Shown here: positions 25,365 to 36,164 of the stretch, piece by piece
Numbering within the stretch: position 1 is the first letter of the stretch
Layout: each line of letters starts with the position of its first letter
Assembly: GCA_000934665.2 (NCBI GenBank)
Contig: KZ537987.1
Coordinates: forward strand, 62,001-126,000
Source of the DNA: Catajapyx aquilonaris
Lineage: Eukaryota
Reading direction: 5' to 3'
DNA: 64,000 bases
Translations under genes and position numbers: made by a program
The notes under the pieces: model-generated
Database searches by the model: none
The model's input: the letters and a program-made list of their open reading frames with translations, nothing else
What the model was told of the DNA's origin: nothing

Positions 25365-26790
25365 GGCTCTGCCTGATTTAAATGTTCGGGTTTCATTTCA
25401 TTTCATTTTTTTTTTTAGACTGTCTATCGGGCAAGTCGGAAATGGTTGCGGGTGAAGGGAGGAGAGAGAGAGAGAGAAAGAGAGAGAAAGAAAAAACAGC
25501 CACTTCCTGAAATGTTCAAAGCAGTTGGAGCTTGCAGAGGATAAAACCGAGCTACTTTGGCTTGCATCATTGATGGGTTTCGGTTTCTAGAAGTGGAAGT
25601 CGAACCCTTCTCCTCCTCCTCAGTGGATCCTATCCTCTTTTCTTCAGTACAGTATGAAAGAGAGTTAGGGAAAATAGAGGGAGGGATAGAAAGGAAAACG
25701 TAGCAATTCGGTTGAACCCTTCTCTTTTACCAGGAGGTTTCATTATTCACTCTGTGGGTTTTGAGCTCCGCAAAGTTTTCGCGCTGAATCCGCACGCAAA
25801 AGTTGGAGCCCTCGGTTTTGGCCAAGGGGGATAAAAATCTAGCAGAGCTCAATGAGAAAATGTCGTGATTACTTCCACGCCAGCTTACTTACCTACTTCT
25901 GCGAAAACTACTCTTTTTTTTTCATTATGGTGTGTGTGTATGGCAAGCGAATTTATGCACTTCCAACTTTTATTCTCTGTAAAAATCCACCCTGTCGTAA
26001 ATTAATGTCGCAAAAAAAACTAGAGCTGATCGTCACCTCTAACTCATTGCGCCCCGGATTTTCCTTCGTCCTAATTGGATATCAGATATGCCCGTAAAGC
26101 TTAAGCCCGAGTCATTTGACGTGAAAGTTTGGATTTTGCGAATCTTACTGCGTCATGTGTCACTAGTCGGCCGGAACGCGATGGTAATTAAGTGGCATGT
26201 AATTGAATGGTTTGAAGGCGCTTCAAAAATGCTGAGCCAAAAAAAAAATCCAATTACCATCAACACAGAGCTGTTACATAAGGATTCAACGGCTGAAAAG
26301 CTACATTTTTTAAATATATATAATGAGATGCGGTCATCATAAGATGATAGGCACTAGAAGTTACTTGACATTGTTAAATAATATTAGGCATTTCTAATAA
26401 TTAATATTTGAGATGAGAGTGATAAATATGACAAGTGTTGTAAATATTGGTTACTTTGTTTGATGTTATTTTGCTGCAAATGTTGCCACCCGGTGTGCCT
26501 GATGACAGCTCTGAATTTTCAGGTGCTTGTAGCGTTCAAAAATGATGTATATTCCCGCAGTTTAATAATCAGCTGAGTGTATAGTCGCAGGCGAGGTGAG
26601 GTTGAGGTTGGTCCTGCTGCAAGCCCGAGCCCGAAAATTGCATCCAAAGTTGTTCCCACAGCTAACTTCCATCTTCGTTTGCGCCGCAATCTAAAATGGA
26701 GGGTTGGGCTTCCCCCTTCCCTAGTTAGCGTAGCTGGGTCGCCCCAAACTCCCTGGCCCAAAATTAACCAAAATGTTGGTCCTTTTCCAG

Positions 26791-26906
26791 GGTGGCGACA
26801 CCTGGCGCTGACAATCCTCTTCATCACGATCGCCATGCTGTGCAAGGAGCAAGGCATCACTGTGGTCGGAGTCCTCGGAGTCTACGAGATCTTCGTGGCT
26901 CAGAAG
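26791..26906 (+). CDS. TMTC3: Internal coding exon of TMTC3-like gene (second): (G)WRHLALTILFITIAMLCKEQGITVVGVLGVYEIFVAQK
   Basis: Acceptor ccttttccAG at 26789-26790, donor GTattg at 26907. The exon is 116 bp; its first 2 nt complete the phase-1 codon of the previous exon (G|GG = Gly). It carries the diagnostic TMTC LxKEQGIT motif, and YEIFVAQ is TMTC3-like. Confidence 0.95.
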
Positions 26907-26979
26907 GTATTGTCTCCTCCTCCTACTGTATAATTATATACTCAGTCGAAATTGAGTCTGTGCCTCTGTTTGTCCGGGG

Positions 26980-27120
26980 TGAGTCATCTGCATGTAGTAC
27001 CTCTACCCCTCGCACGACTTGAGTGGCAGTAGTGTGCAGAGAGGGAGGATGCGCCATCTATGGAGCGATGTTGTACTACGTGGACAGTTTTTTTTCTAGT
27101 TTTGGCAAGGGGTTCACTAG
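26980..27120 (+). mobile_element. Repeat family C (Helitron-like 3' end), copy 1
   Basis: TGCATGTAGTAC...GTGTGCAGAG...GCGCCATCTATG...GGGTTCACTAG|T; these blocks are shared with the copies at 41131, 49113 and 50367. Confidence 0.55.
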
Positions 27121-30100
27121 TACGTTATAGCTTGAACCTCTCTCCTTTTTTCCGCCCCTTCTTTCCTTTTGGCATGGCGTGGGGCGTGCCACGATTATTT
27201 ATAAATGTCCGCAATCGAATCACGTCCTCCGGGGCTGCACCCACCCATCATTGCACCCTGGGGGAAACACGGGGGCCCGGGGCAATTCCCGGGGCTAAGA
27301 GCCATGAAGAGAGGTATTGACTGGGTCGATTGCGTTTCGTTTCAGTCGCTAATCCACTTGGCGGGACTCTTCAAGTAGCACCGCTTAGAACGATAGGCGC
27401 TCCGATTTTTTTTCTTTCTTTTATACAAAAGGGGTGGGGTTAATGTGACAGGCTAATTATGTTGGGGAATGCTTGCTGGGGGTTGTGGGTCCGAAAATGA
27501 AATGTTCGACCCAGATGGTGGGTGCAGTTGACATTATCTGATAGGGCTTCAGAAATATGGCATGCCCCCTCCCCCCCCCCCTCTCTCATTTTTGGTAGGG
27601 CTTGCACGCGTCTTTTGAGACGGTCAATTTCACTTGAGGATTATCCGGAAACCGATTTTGCATTACATGTCAGAATCACACCTGGTTTTTAAGCTGGGTT
27701 CACACTGGCGTCGCTGTGTTTCAGTCGTTAACCCCCTTTTTGTGGTTGGAGGTGTTGAACTTAACCAGAACGTTGGCCCCTGCGACTAGGATCGTAATTA
27801 ATTGGGGTTAGTTGCAAATGCGGCTGCCATGGGTTTTGGTTGTAGTGAAGTTTATGGACATGCAATGTTGTGCCATTACTAAGCCGGAAGCACATAAACT
27901 AGACTATAGGGCCAAAACCAATATAACCATTTTTGCATATGCCCTCAATTTATGCTGATAGGGTAAAATAAAGCCTTACTAATCCTATTCAGTAGTTGGT
28001 ATCGTCACCATCTGTATAATTGTTACCGCATTGGCAAAACCAGACGGTCACTGCCTAAAATGAATTTAGGTACTTTCATAATTGGGAAGATGCTTACGCC
28101 GTGCAAATTCTAATATTAAAATACACAATAGGCTATCAACTGACAGATAAACTAGCCCTCTACAGTTAGTTTAAATTTTCATGACGGCCTGGAATGACTA
28201 CATACCGGATCCTCTCTTGTGAAGCGAGTAAATGCAGCAAGTTCCGCGACGTTGACTAATCCCAGCCCGCTCAGTTCAACAACGGGGGCCAATTAATTGC
28301 GGGGTCAGAAATTAAGGTGCATTATTTACGACCCTTTCCCAAGCCCTGGGATGCCAAGCATTTACACCCACTGCCTATCTCCCCAAACAGATGACCATCC
28401 ACCGCAAAATTTAAATCGTCAATCGGAAACAAGCCAACCGTTTTTCAAGGCGGCGAAACGACTTGCAGCCAAGTGTAGTGCAGAAACAACACCCATCTTT
28501 CCACCTCATCAAGTGCAATGATTGTTAAAAGCCACCTGAAACGAGGCTATCCTGTCCACTTTGCCCCCTGTTGAGTGTCCATTCGCTAGGAAAGAGGAGG
28601 GTTAGAACTAGGGAATATATGACGTTTAGGTACAGGACTGGCTTGCAGTAGGTTAAAATGCTAATTGGAATGGGGGATCCGCCAGTCAAGGAATTAGCCA
28701 TTGACAGACCCGAATGTTTCAGGGGGACCGGGAGACGTTTACTCTACTAGCTAATCCTAACTATATAGACACTCGGTCAAAAAAAATGTGGGATTAAAGG
28801 AGTGTACGGTATACGTGAGTTAAAACCGGTTCTTTCTGCTTGCCTGAGTGTGGGAAGGGGGGCAAAAAAATGCATTTGGTAGAAGGGGGGTACAATTCTA
28901 CTCCCGTGGACATCAAATGAGCGTATGTAAATTTAATGCTACATTTAGTGCCCAGTAAGGGATTAGGCGTGGTGGCCGGCTCTGGGAAAAGCAAGGCGGT
29001 TAAACTTGGTTGTGATGTGCAGTTTTTGGCCTCGATGCACATTGATTTTTTTCTCTCTTTTTTTTGCGGAAAAGGGAGGTAGGACTAGTGCACTTTCCCA
29101 TGTCTGATGAGATCAGAGTTTTATTCCATCGCGCACGTCGTAATTTATCTAACCTCCTATAATCCTTGCGGTGGACGATAACTCGCCCGAGGGGTGATTT
29201 ATCGCCCGTCTAGTGTTTAAAAACCCGTTTTCATCTCGTTTTCCATCCAAACAGCTTATGGTGGTTATCGGCTTGCATTTTTTAAAATATATATACAAGA
29301 AACATCACGTCATATCTTAAGAGTTTTTTCACCTGGGCCAGATCCAAAATGGCAGTTTTTTTTTCTGTAGATCCAAAGTCATTTCATCTTATTTTTCCAT
29401 CCCCTTGTTTGCTCCCCTTCTCGTTATTGTTCGACTGATAATAGGCTTATAGGTTTAACCCCAGGGGTGTGCATAGAAATGATCTTTCGTTAAGTCGGCG
29501 GAGTCCATTAGGAAGGTTTGATCCCACGTTGGACGACGCTGGAAAGTCCGCCCCTGTTTGATATGAAAATTAATAATCCTGTTTCCGATTGGATTATCCT
29601 CGTTAAGTACAGTGAGAAGATGGCGGGTGATCAGAGGAAGAAACTTGGCCTTACTATTGATTTCTCCTGTCTTTCTCTTCTTTTTTTTGTGTGTGTTCCT
29701 TCTTTTCTTTCTTTTGCAGCTCACTGAGCCAACTTTGCAGCCTCTCTTTTGAAGAATTTGTGCAGCTTGAGACATGGGGAGAAGGCAGAATCCATACTGT
29801 GCAAATAGTGGCAATTTCGGAAACTAGAGACGGAACCAGTCCTGCTGCCAACGTTATTTGTGTTTCTTGTTGGAAGTTATTTTGTCGGCAGGCTTTTTTT
29901 TAAAAAATGGGTCCGGTAAATTGGTCTTGTACGGAGGCAATAGCCAACATCAGGTTCCGGTGTTCAATCAAAACTGACGAGGAAAAGCGGGAAGGGGCTA
30001 TATGATGGACCCTCAGAAATGTACGGAATTGTTTTTTTTTTTACCCACCCGAGCTCATTTTCTATTTTTGTGGCTTCCATCGTGCTGACATATTCGCTGA

Positions 30101-33100
30101 ATACTTTTGGTGCAAGAACTGCTGGTGTGCGTGCATGCATAAATTCTCACCGAACACAAACGTATTAAAACTTGCAGTCGATGCTTTATTTGACACGGGA
30201 CGGGCGTTTCTGCCGCCTCACTTTTTAAATACGCCAGCCCCGGTATTTAAATAATAATAAAAAAAACGGCGCGAGTTGTCTGGCATTTAGTATGCTAAGC
30301 GTGGCAGGCTTTTTTATGCGCCTATTTGGGCTCCCGATGATTTTTGACGTTAAAGGTTTAAAAACGGGCACTTACATAAAAAAAAAACTGGTTCCATTTC
30401 ATGTTGGGTCAGTTTGAAGCTGAGATGAAAGGCGGTTTTTGAGCAGGTTTTTCATATGTAAATGTTAGGCCACATTTTTCCAGCTTTGAACCAGTGATGT
30501 TTACCATAGCTTCATTAGAACATATGTAACTCCAATGGCCTTAAGACTGTACTGTAGATAAGTCAGTTTTTGTAAGTCTGTCTGTGGCTCATCCTCATAG
30601 TGGCTGTTTGAATTGCCTTTGGTCCGGTAGAAGGAATCCCAGTCAAAATGATGGCCTGGGGACCCAAGCAAACCACCACTCCTAAATATTCCTCCGCGTT
30701 TCGCCTCTGGGAACTTTAAATATTGACACTAAGGGACACGCAGAGGACTCACCGCTTCTTTTCGGGAGCCCCCATGTTTCGAAGTCGAGACGGAACAAAA
30801 CATAGTGTTTGCACCTCGCAACTTGTGCCCATTTAGAGAGAGAGAAAAAGAAGGGTCGGGTAGGGGTAAAGGAAAAAAAAAAAAGAAAACTGAATCATCG
30901 GATACATTTTTATTTCAATCGCCATTTCCGATAACCCCGCACCACATTCTAGCGAGGCGGAACCGATTTCTGGTAAATCTACACGGCGCGTGTTTATCGA
31001 CAATCAATGTTCAAAAGGGCGCGCGACCTTTTTGAGTTTCTTAGACTATCCGGCAACGTCAAAGCCATGTAGTGGAGCGGTCCCCTCCAGTTATTTCTTC
31101 TTTTTTTTTCTTCTTAAAAGAAAAAAAAGACGGCTAGAATCGATGGAACTTTCCCGGATAACAGAGGGAGAGAAAAAAATGGGGTCTGATTGGTACAGGT
31201 TGTGACCAGGAATAATGATGAATCGATATTGTTGCAGTGGACTCTTGGCCTGACCAAAAACCCGGTCCCTTCCTTTTCAAGTCCTTGAAACGTACTTGTC
31301 AGATTTTCCGGAGCGGGCAATCTCCACTATCGAGGAGCGTCGATGGCAGGCCCCTCGTTTCATTAGGATCTCGCGGAAATTGGTGAGCGAGATGCGTGCA
31401 AGTCAGTGATAAGAGGAGGGGAAAAGCCCAAGGAAAATCGGGAGAGCAGTCCTCTGGACCCCGGGACGTTCAAGTGTCTCCGTAGATTTCCTGTAATTGT
31501 CTCTATCTCCTCGGGAGTATTTCCAGGAGGACCTAGCTCTCTACCTATATATAACAGGCCAGCCAGTAAGCAATATTTACATTTAAACTGCACTTTTGGG
31601 CCGCCTATGGCCTATATAATTTGCAGCAGGGGACACCCCCCCCCCCCTAACGTATATACATGCATAATGCATTTTGCTAAATATCGCAAATCTCTGCTGT
31701 CACAACCCATGTGCTATTAATTGCAGAACATTATCGATGAGGGTGGTTAGCAATGGTCATATCCGACCGCATTGGCGATACGCATTGAAATGTGCTGGCC
31801 TGACTTTTTTTTTGAGGCCTGGAACTATGGGGTTGGGCCAAAACGGTGGTTTTTGACTGCTGATAATATAATTCGGCACTCTTTTTTTCATCCACGCCAG
31901 AGTCTATCGTACCCGGGCAAGTTTTTTCCACTGAATCCACAGCAAGTGTTTTCAGTAAGATTTTGAAGCTCGGATGAAATTCGGTTCTCTCTTTTTTTTT
32001 CTTCTCGTCTTTTATTCTTCGAGGCTTGAGCAATATCCGACGGATTTCTCTATCCCGCCGTGTTGGACCTACCCAAAAAAAAAAAAGTCGGTGAGAACCA
32101 TCAACCTCAACAACCCTAGAAGATTCCGCCAAAATCCGAGACGAAACTTGGCCAGAAAAGTGCGGCTACCAGAAAGAACTGCAGAATTGCACTTTCTTCT
32201 TCTTTTTTTTGCACAGTGTGCGAGAGTGTGATACTAAGCAGGTGAATATTTTTGCTGGACTGAGCCATAATCGCCGTGGGGATACGATTCTCTTCATCTG
32301 CTCAGTGCGAGAGTACAGCAATTCGGCCGGTTTGATTGCTCCTGTAAACTCCTTTTTTAGGCTCCAGGCTCATAACCCGCCTAAATCGAAGTCATCAAGT
32401 CGCAGGCATAAATTGAGAGACATTAATGAAAACGAGGGGGGGCGAAGCACTCGTCGCAGCAGAAAACGCAATAATCCTCGCCTCCGGATCTAATATGCAC
32501 CTAATTGTCACCAACACTGTGCAAGAGTCAATTTTCTTGACACTTTCTCGTCAACCTTTCGCGGGGGCCAAATCTGCATCCCACTTGCCCCCCCTCTGCC
32601 CTTCCACTTCACTCGGGGGGTAACAAGTTTCCAAATTGACTTGTTCTGTAATCAAGCCGGCTCCACCGTTCTCTTTTGTACCCGTGTATAGAGCCATTAT
32701 CACCCGTCTTGCATGAAACAATTCGCTCCAATTGAAGTCAATCAGGCGCCGGCAGCCCAGCTCAGAGCTAGTTACAATCATCCCCCGCAGCTGTACCTAT
32801 ACCCCACCTTCTGCACTATTATACCTCGAGGGCAGGACTGGCTATTGTTGCAACGAGGTTTGGAATTAGCCGGTGGGGGCCAGCAAGAAATGTTTAATAT
32901 TGCGGAACACTACCCATGGAAACGAAAAGAGAGAGGTGGGGGGGGGGGGTATTAATTTCGCCGGGGGCGGATTATTGAAAAGTTGGGTGATTCCAGGAAT
33001 TTTAATATGTAACCTTTTTTATTGTTAGAGGTATGTGGAGGGATGTACGTGCAGATATTGAGTGCAATCGTGCAAATGTTCGAGCTGAAAGTTTTAATGT

Positions 33101-33330
33101 GCACTATGATTTTTTATGGCATTCAACATTAAATAGTGCGTAATAGTGTGAAATCGCCACAAAATGGCACCAAATTTCTGATTGAAATAATTGAGGCGTC
33201 TATAAGATAAAGACAGCCAAGTCCACTTGAAAAAACTGGTCGTAAAATGAGCAAAAACTGCTGATACGTACGAATAACAACTCTCACTTGTACAATCATG
33301 CATATTTTTACCGATTGCAGTTCAGCTACA

Positions 33331-33417
33331 TACGCAAATGTGCAATTAATACCCAATGACATTAAAGTACATAATTGCTGCATGTATTTGTGTTATACCT
33401 CTCAAAAGTGGACTTGG
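33331..33417 (+). repeat. Unclassified dispersed repeat shared with 42497-42579
   Basis: TACGCAAATGT(G/T)CAATTAATACCCAATGACAT...TAATTGCTGCA...CAAAAGTGGACTTG occurs at both loci. Confidence 0.7.
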
Positions 33418-33853
33418 TCGTATTTGATCACAAACCCGTCAATTATAATCAGTTATTGTATTTTTTGCATAAACTGTCCAGATTTCCAGTTCGGTTTAAG
33501 ACTGTTCTCTCCAACTACCAACCCCTTGTGATTGTTTCTTATATTTTTGAAGTGAAACAATGCGTGACTTTTTTTGTACATGCACGTCTGTATTATGAAG
33601 AGTAAAAAAAAGGTGCGGAATCTGCCCCTGTAAGGAGAGTTTTATGAGCGCAATCATCCTCCAATCGTGCTTGGTAAAACGGCTGGCCTCTTTAAGATGG
33701 CGGCCTGGAGAGCTAATCCCTCATCTGCTTAATGCCGGCGCTTACTGCAGGGGAGATTAGAGATAGGGCAAGCCCCATGATCCGGTCTGCGTGACCTGAA
33801 TGGCCCCCATTGCTTCACCCCTTGTTGAACCATATTTTGTTGTTTTATTCCAG

Positions 33854-34026
33854 CTTCGGATTGGTGACCTGATGCAAGTGACGCGGACTGTCCTGAGTGG
33901 GAAAGGACCTCTTCCGTCATGGGCGGCGGAAGTGGTGCAACGCCTGTGTGTTTTGGCCGCGGCTGCTTTGGCCTTGCTTCTGGCCCGGGTGCAAATCATG
34001 GGAGCACAGCTGCCGGTCTTCACAAG
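33854..34026 (+). CDS. TMTC3: Internal coding exon of TMTC3-like gene (third): LRIGDLMQVTRTVLSGKGPLPSWAAEVVQRLCVLAAAALALLLARVQIMGAQLPVFT(R)
   Basis: Acceptor tgttttattccAG at 33852-33853, donor GTaaga at 34027. The exon is 173 bp, starts in phase 0 (matching the previous donor) and ends in phase 2. RVQIMGAQLPVFTR parallels recalled TMTC3 RVQVIQSQLPVFTR, which precedes FDNP at the start of the DUF1736 region. Confidence 0.93.
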
Positions 34027-35593
34027 GTAAGACTGTTTGTATGACTTCCATAAGATAGCAACATCTGGCAGATTGGTCCGGCCACTAATTAAGGCTAGAC
34101 CGCACGCATCTGTCGCAATTGCGTGCTTACGAGATGGCGCCACTGTTCCGGACGCCATCTGCCGGCAGAGTCTTCCGCATGGGTGACATCTACCGGCAGG
34201 TCCCCCGAATCGCAATTAGTCGTCTCCAAAACTTATTGACGCCGCGACCAAAACTGTAGCAGCCGAGCCCTACTTATACTACCGGTAACGAGCATGATAA
34301 AAGGCCGTTCCTTTGCTTCTTGCGTGGAAGCACAGCAGAGTAATTTCGCAGAGGGGACCCAGGCAACACTTGCGCCATTGTAGTCAAAGCCGCAGCAGCC
34401 TGGGGTTCGAAGGGCCGTGCAAGAAAAGTGGAATTGGAAGGAAGAGAGTGCTGCGAATGGCTGAAGATGTTGAGTAAAAGCAGCTGTGCACCGAAAATGT
34501 CGCAGAGAATGTGATAATTTCTCTCCTGCATATTTTCCTCCAAAAAAACCCGCCGTTTTCTAATTGGCAGTTTATAATCTATCGTTACCCCCCCCCCCCA
34601 TACCCACCCACCCTCTGAAGTCCATTACACTATTATTGCAGTGCCAGTAATTACAAGGACCCAAGGTATAGGCAATATACTTCCGGCAATAAAACCGACT
34701 TTAATGACATCGGGAACTAATGAACTTCACAAATGTGACGGTCATATTTCCGAATTAGAAAATCTGGGACGGAGATTACGCCTGGGAGATGGGGAACTTT
34801 CTGCAATCGCTATATTATTCCAAAGAGCTAGCCGCTGATTAAACCAATCTCTAACTGCAAGTAGTGGACACGTAATCAGCCGGTCAGCTGCTTCGTTTCT
34901 CATGACCCCAAACCCGCCTGATTACTATGCAACCCGGGGTCCAAGAGAGGCGGTTGGGTTGCCAGATGCGTTAGGATAAACCCACATCCAGAGCTTTTAG
35001 TGACAGGCTGCCAAGTGGACAGTTTTTGGCGACGGCCGTTTGGCAGAAATTGAATCGCTTTTCCGCCCGGAAACTAGGAGTAACGGAATCTTTTTTTTTC
35101 GCTATGGGCTTAAAAAAAACTGGTGGGGGTTTTACTTTCAAACCCGGACCGTTCTTCGCTTTTTGGCTTGACGCCAAATGATTCTTCTTTATACAGTAGA
35201 CACAGTATTACACCCTTTACGATTGGCCCATTTTGGTTTGCACTAAGAAAATGGAATAGGGGGTTTTCCCCCCGCAGCGGAGTACTAATCAGGGGGGGAT
35301 CTGGCCGAATGGAAGGATGAAGGAAGGCAAGATTACATCCCCTTCAATTTTTTTGTAGGGGGGGGGGGAATAAGGAGGAAGGTTTGGAGCAAATGTAACT
35401 CGCCATATTTGAAATCGACTTACAGAGAGAACCACCCTCTTATACTTTAATAGGGACAGTGGTGACCCAGCCCATGAGGGCCCTGCACCATCCTCATCAT
35501 CCAGTCCCCCTATTTATTAACATACAATAATGTATTACAANGAATTCCACCCCCCCCCCCCCCCCCCCAGGTATTTAACAAAGCCAAAAGCAT

Positions 35594-35783
35594 ACTGTCG
35601 TCCAGCTCCACATGGACAGGCAGTGTCTTCCGTCAGTCGAAACCGATGCAAATGAGCCAGGAAAGGGTCGTGACCAGACACTATGTGTGCTAGGTGTCCG
35701 TGAACATGTCTATCGTCGGTCACCAACGTGAAGAACCCGTGGTACCAGCTGTCACTAGCCCTGTTCCAGCCGTCCTTCCAGGA
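35594..35783 (-). mobile_element. Non-LTR retrotransposon ORF2 C-terminal fragment (R1/LOA/I-group-like zinc-knuckle region), degenerate
   Basis: The minus-strand frame reads SWKDGWNRASDSWYHGFFTLVTDDRHVHGHLAHIVSGHDPFLAHLHRFRLTEDTACPCGAGRQY. This fits the W-Q-x-x-W...W-x-x-x-FF...(T/S)GH-x-x-F-x-x-x-LHRF...C-x-CG pattern of non-LTR ORF2 C-termini. It is preceded by an in-frame TAG and truncated before the final H/C of the knuckle. Confidence 0.8.
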
Positions 35784-36059
35784 CTACGCTGCTCTTCCCA
35801 AGGATTGACGTCTAAGCACAGACATTGTCACCGGCAAGAACCTCTGTCACACCGTCAGGGATCGCGCCACTTATAGCGTGTCCTTATCAGTTCCCAGCCG
35901 TAGGGAGTGGGGTTGCCGCTTCGGCGCTGGTGTAGTCCCCAAGTGTGTGGCGATCCTGGCGGCTGACGAAGCCACCCAAACCGTCAATTCAAAGTTGATT
36001 TGTTCGGGTACTTTCCATTGCTATTAATTACAGTTATAAATTATAATTAAGTCGCTAAG

Positions 36060-36164
36060 GTATAGGGCACACTCTGCAGGGGTGGGAAATACAATGTTTG
36101 TGCCATGTTCACTAGAATCGAACCCGTGCCTTTGGTTTGGCGTGCTACCAATATTGCCCACGCG
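36060..36164 (-). mobile_element. Possible tRNA-derived SINE head (degenerate)
   Basis: Minus strand CGCGTGGGCAATATTGGTAGCACG...CACGGGTTCGATTC gives an A-box-like element followed by a B-box (GGTTCGATTC, 36115-36124). No cloverleaf, and no second copy seen. Confidence 0.3.

Larger units (their letters stand above)
22552..26790 (+). other. GT-AG intron (4239 bp, phase 1) of TMTC3-like gene
   Basis: Bounded by GTAAGC and TTCCAG; removing it joins the first two exons in frame. Confidence 0.9.
26907..33853 (+). other. GT-AG intron (6947 bp, phase 0) of TMTC3-like gene
   Basis: Bounded by GTATTG and TTCCAG; removing it joins the second and third exons in frame. Confidence 0.9.

Noticed and set aside
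26577..26933. 118-aa ORF as a standalone gene
   Set aside because: Only 26791-26906 is TMTC-like and splice-bounded; the rest is intron read-through. The same applies to ORFs 22428-22712 and 33800-34030.
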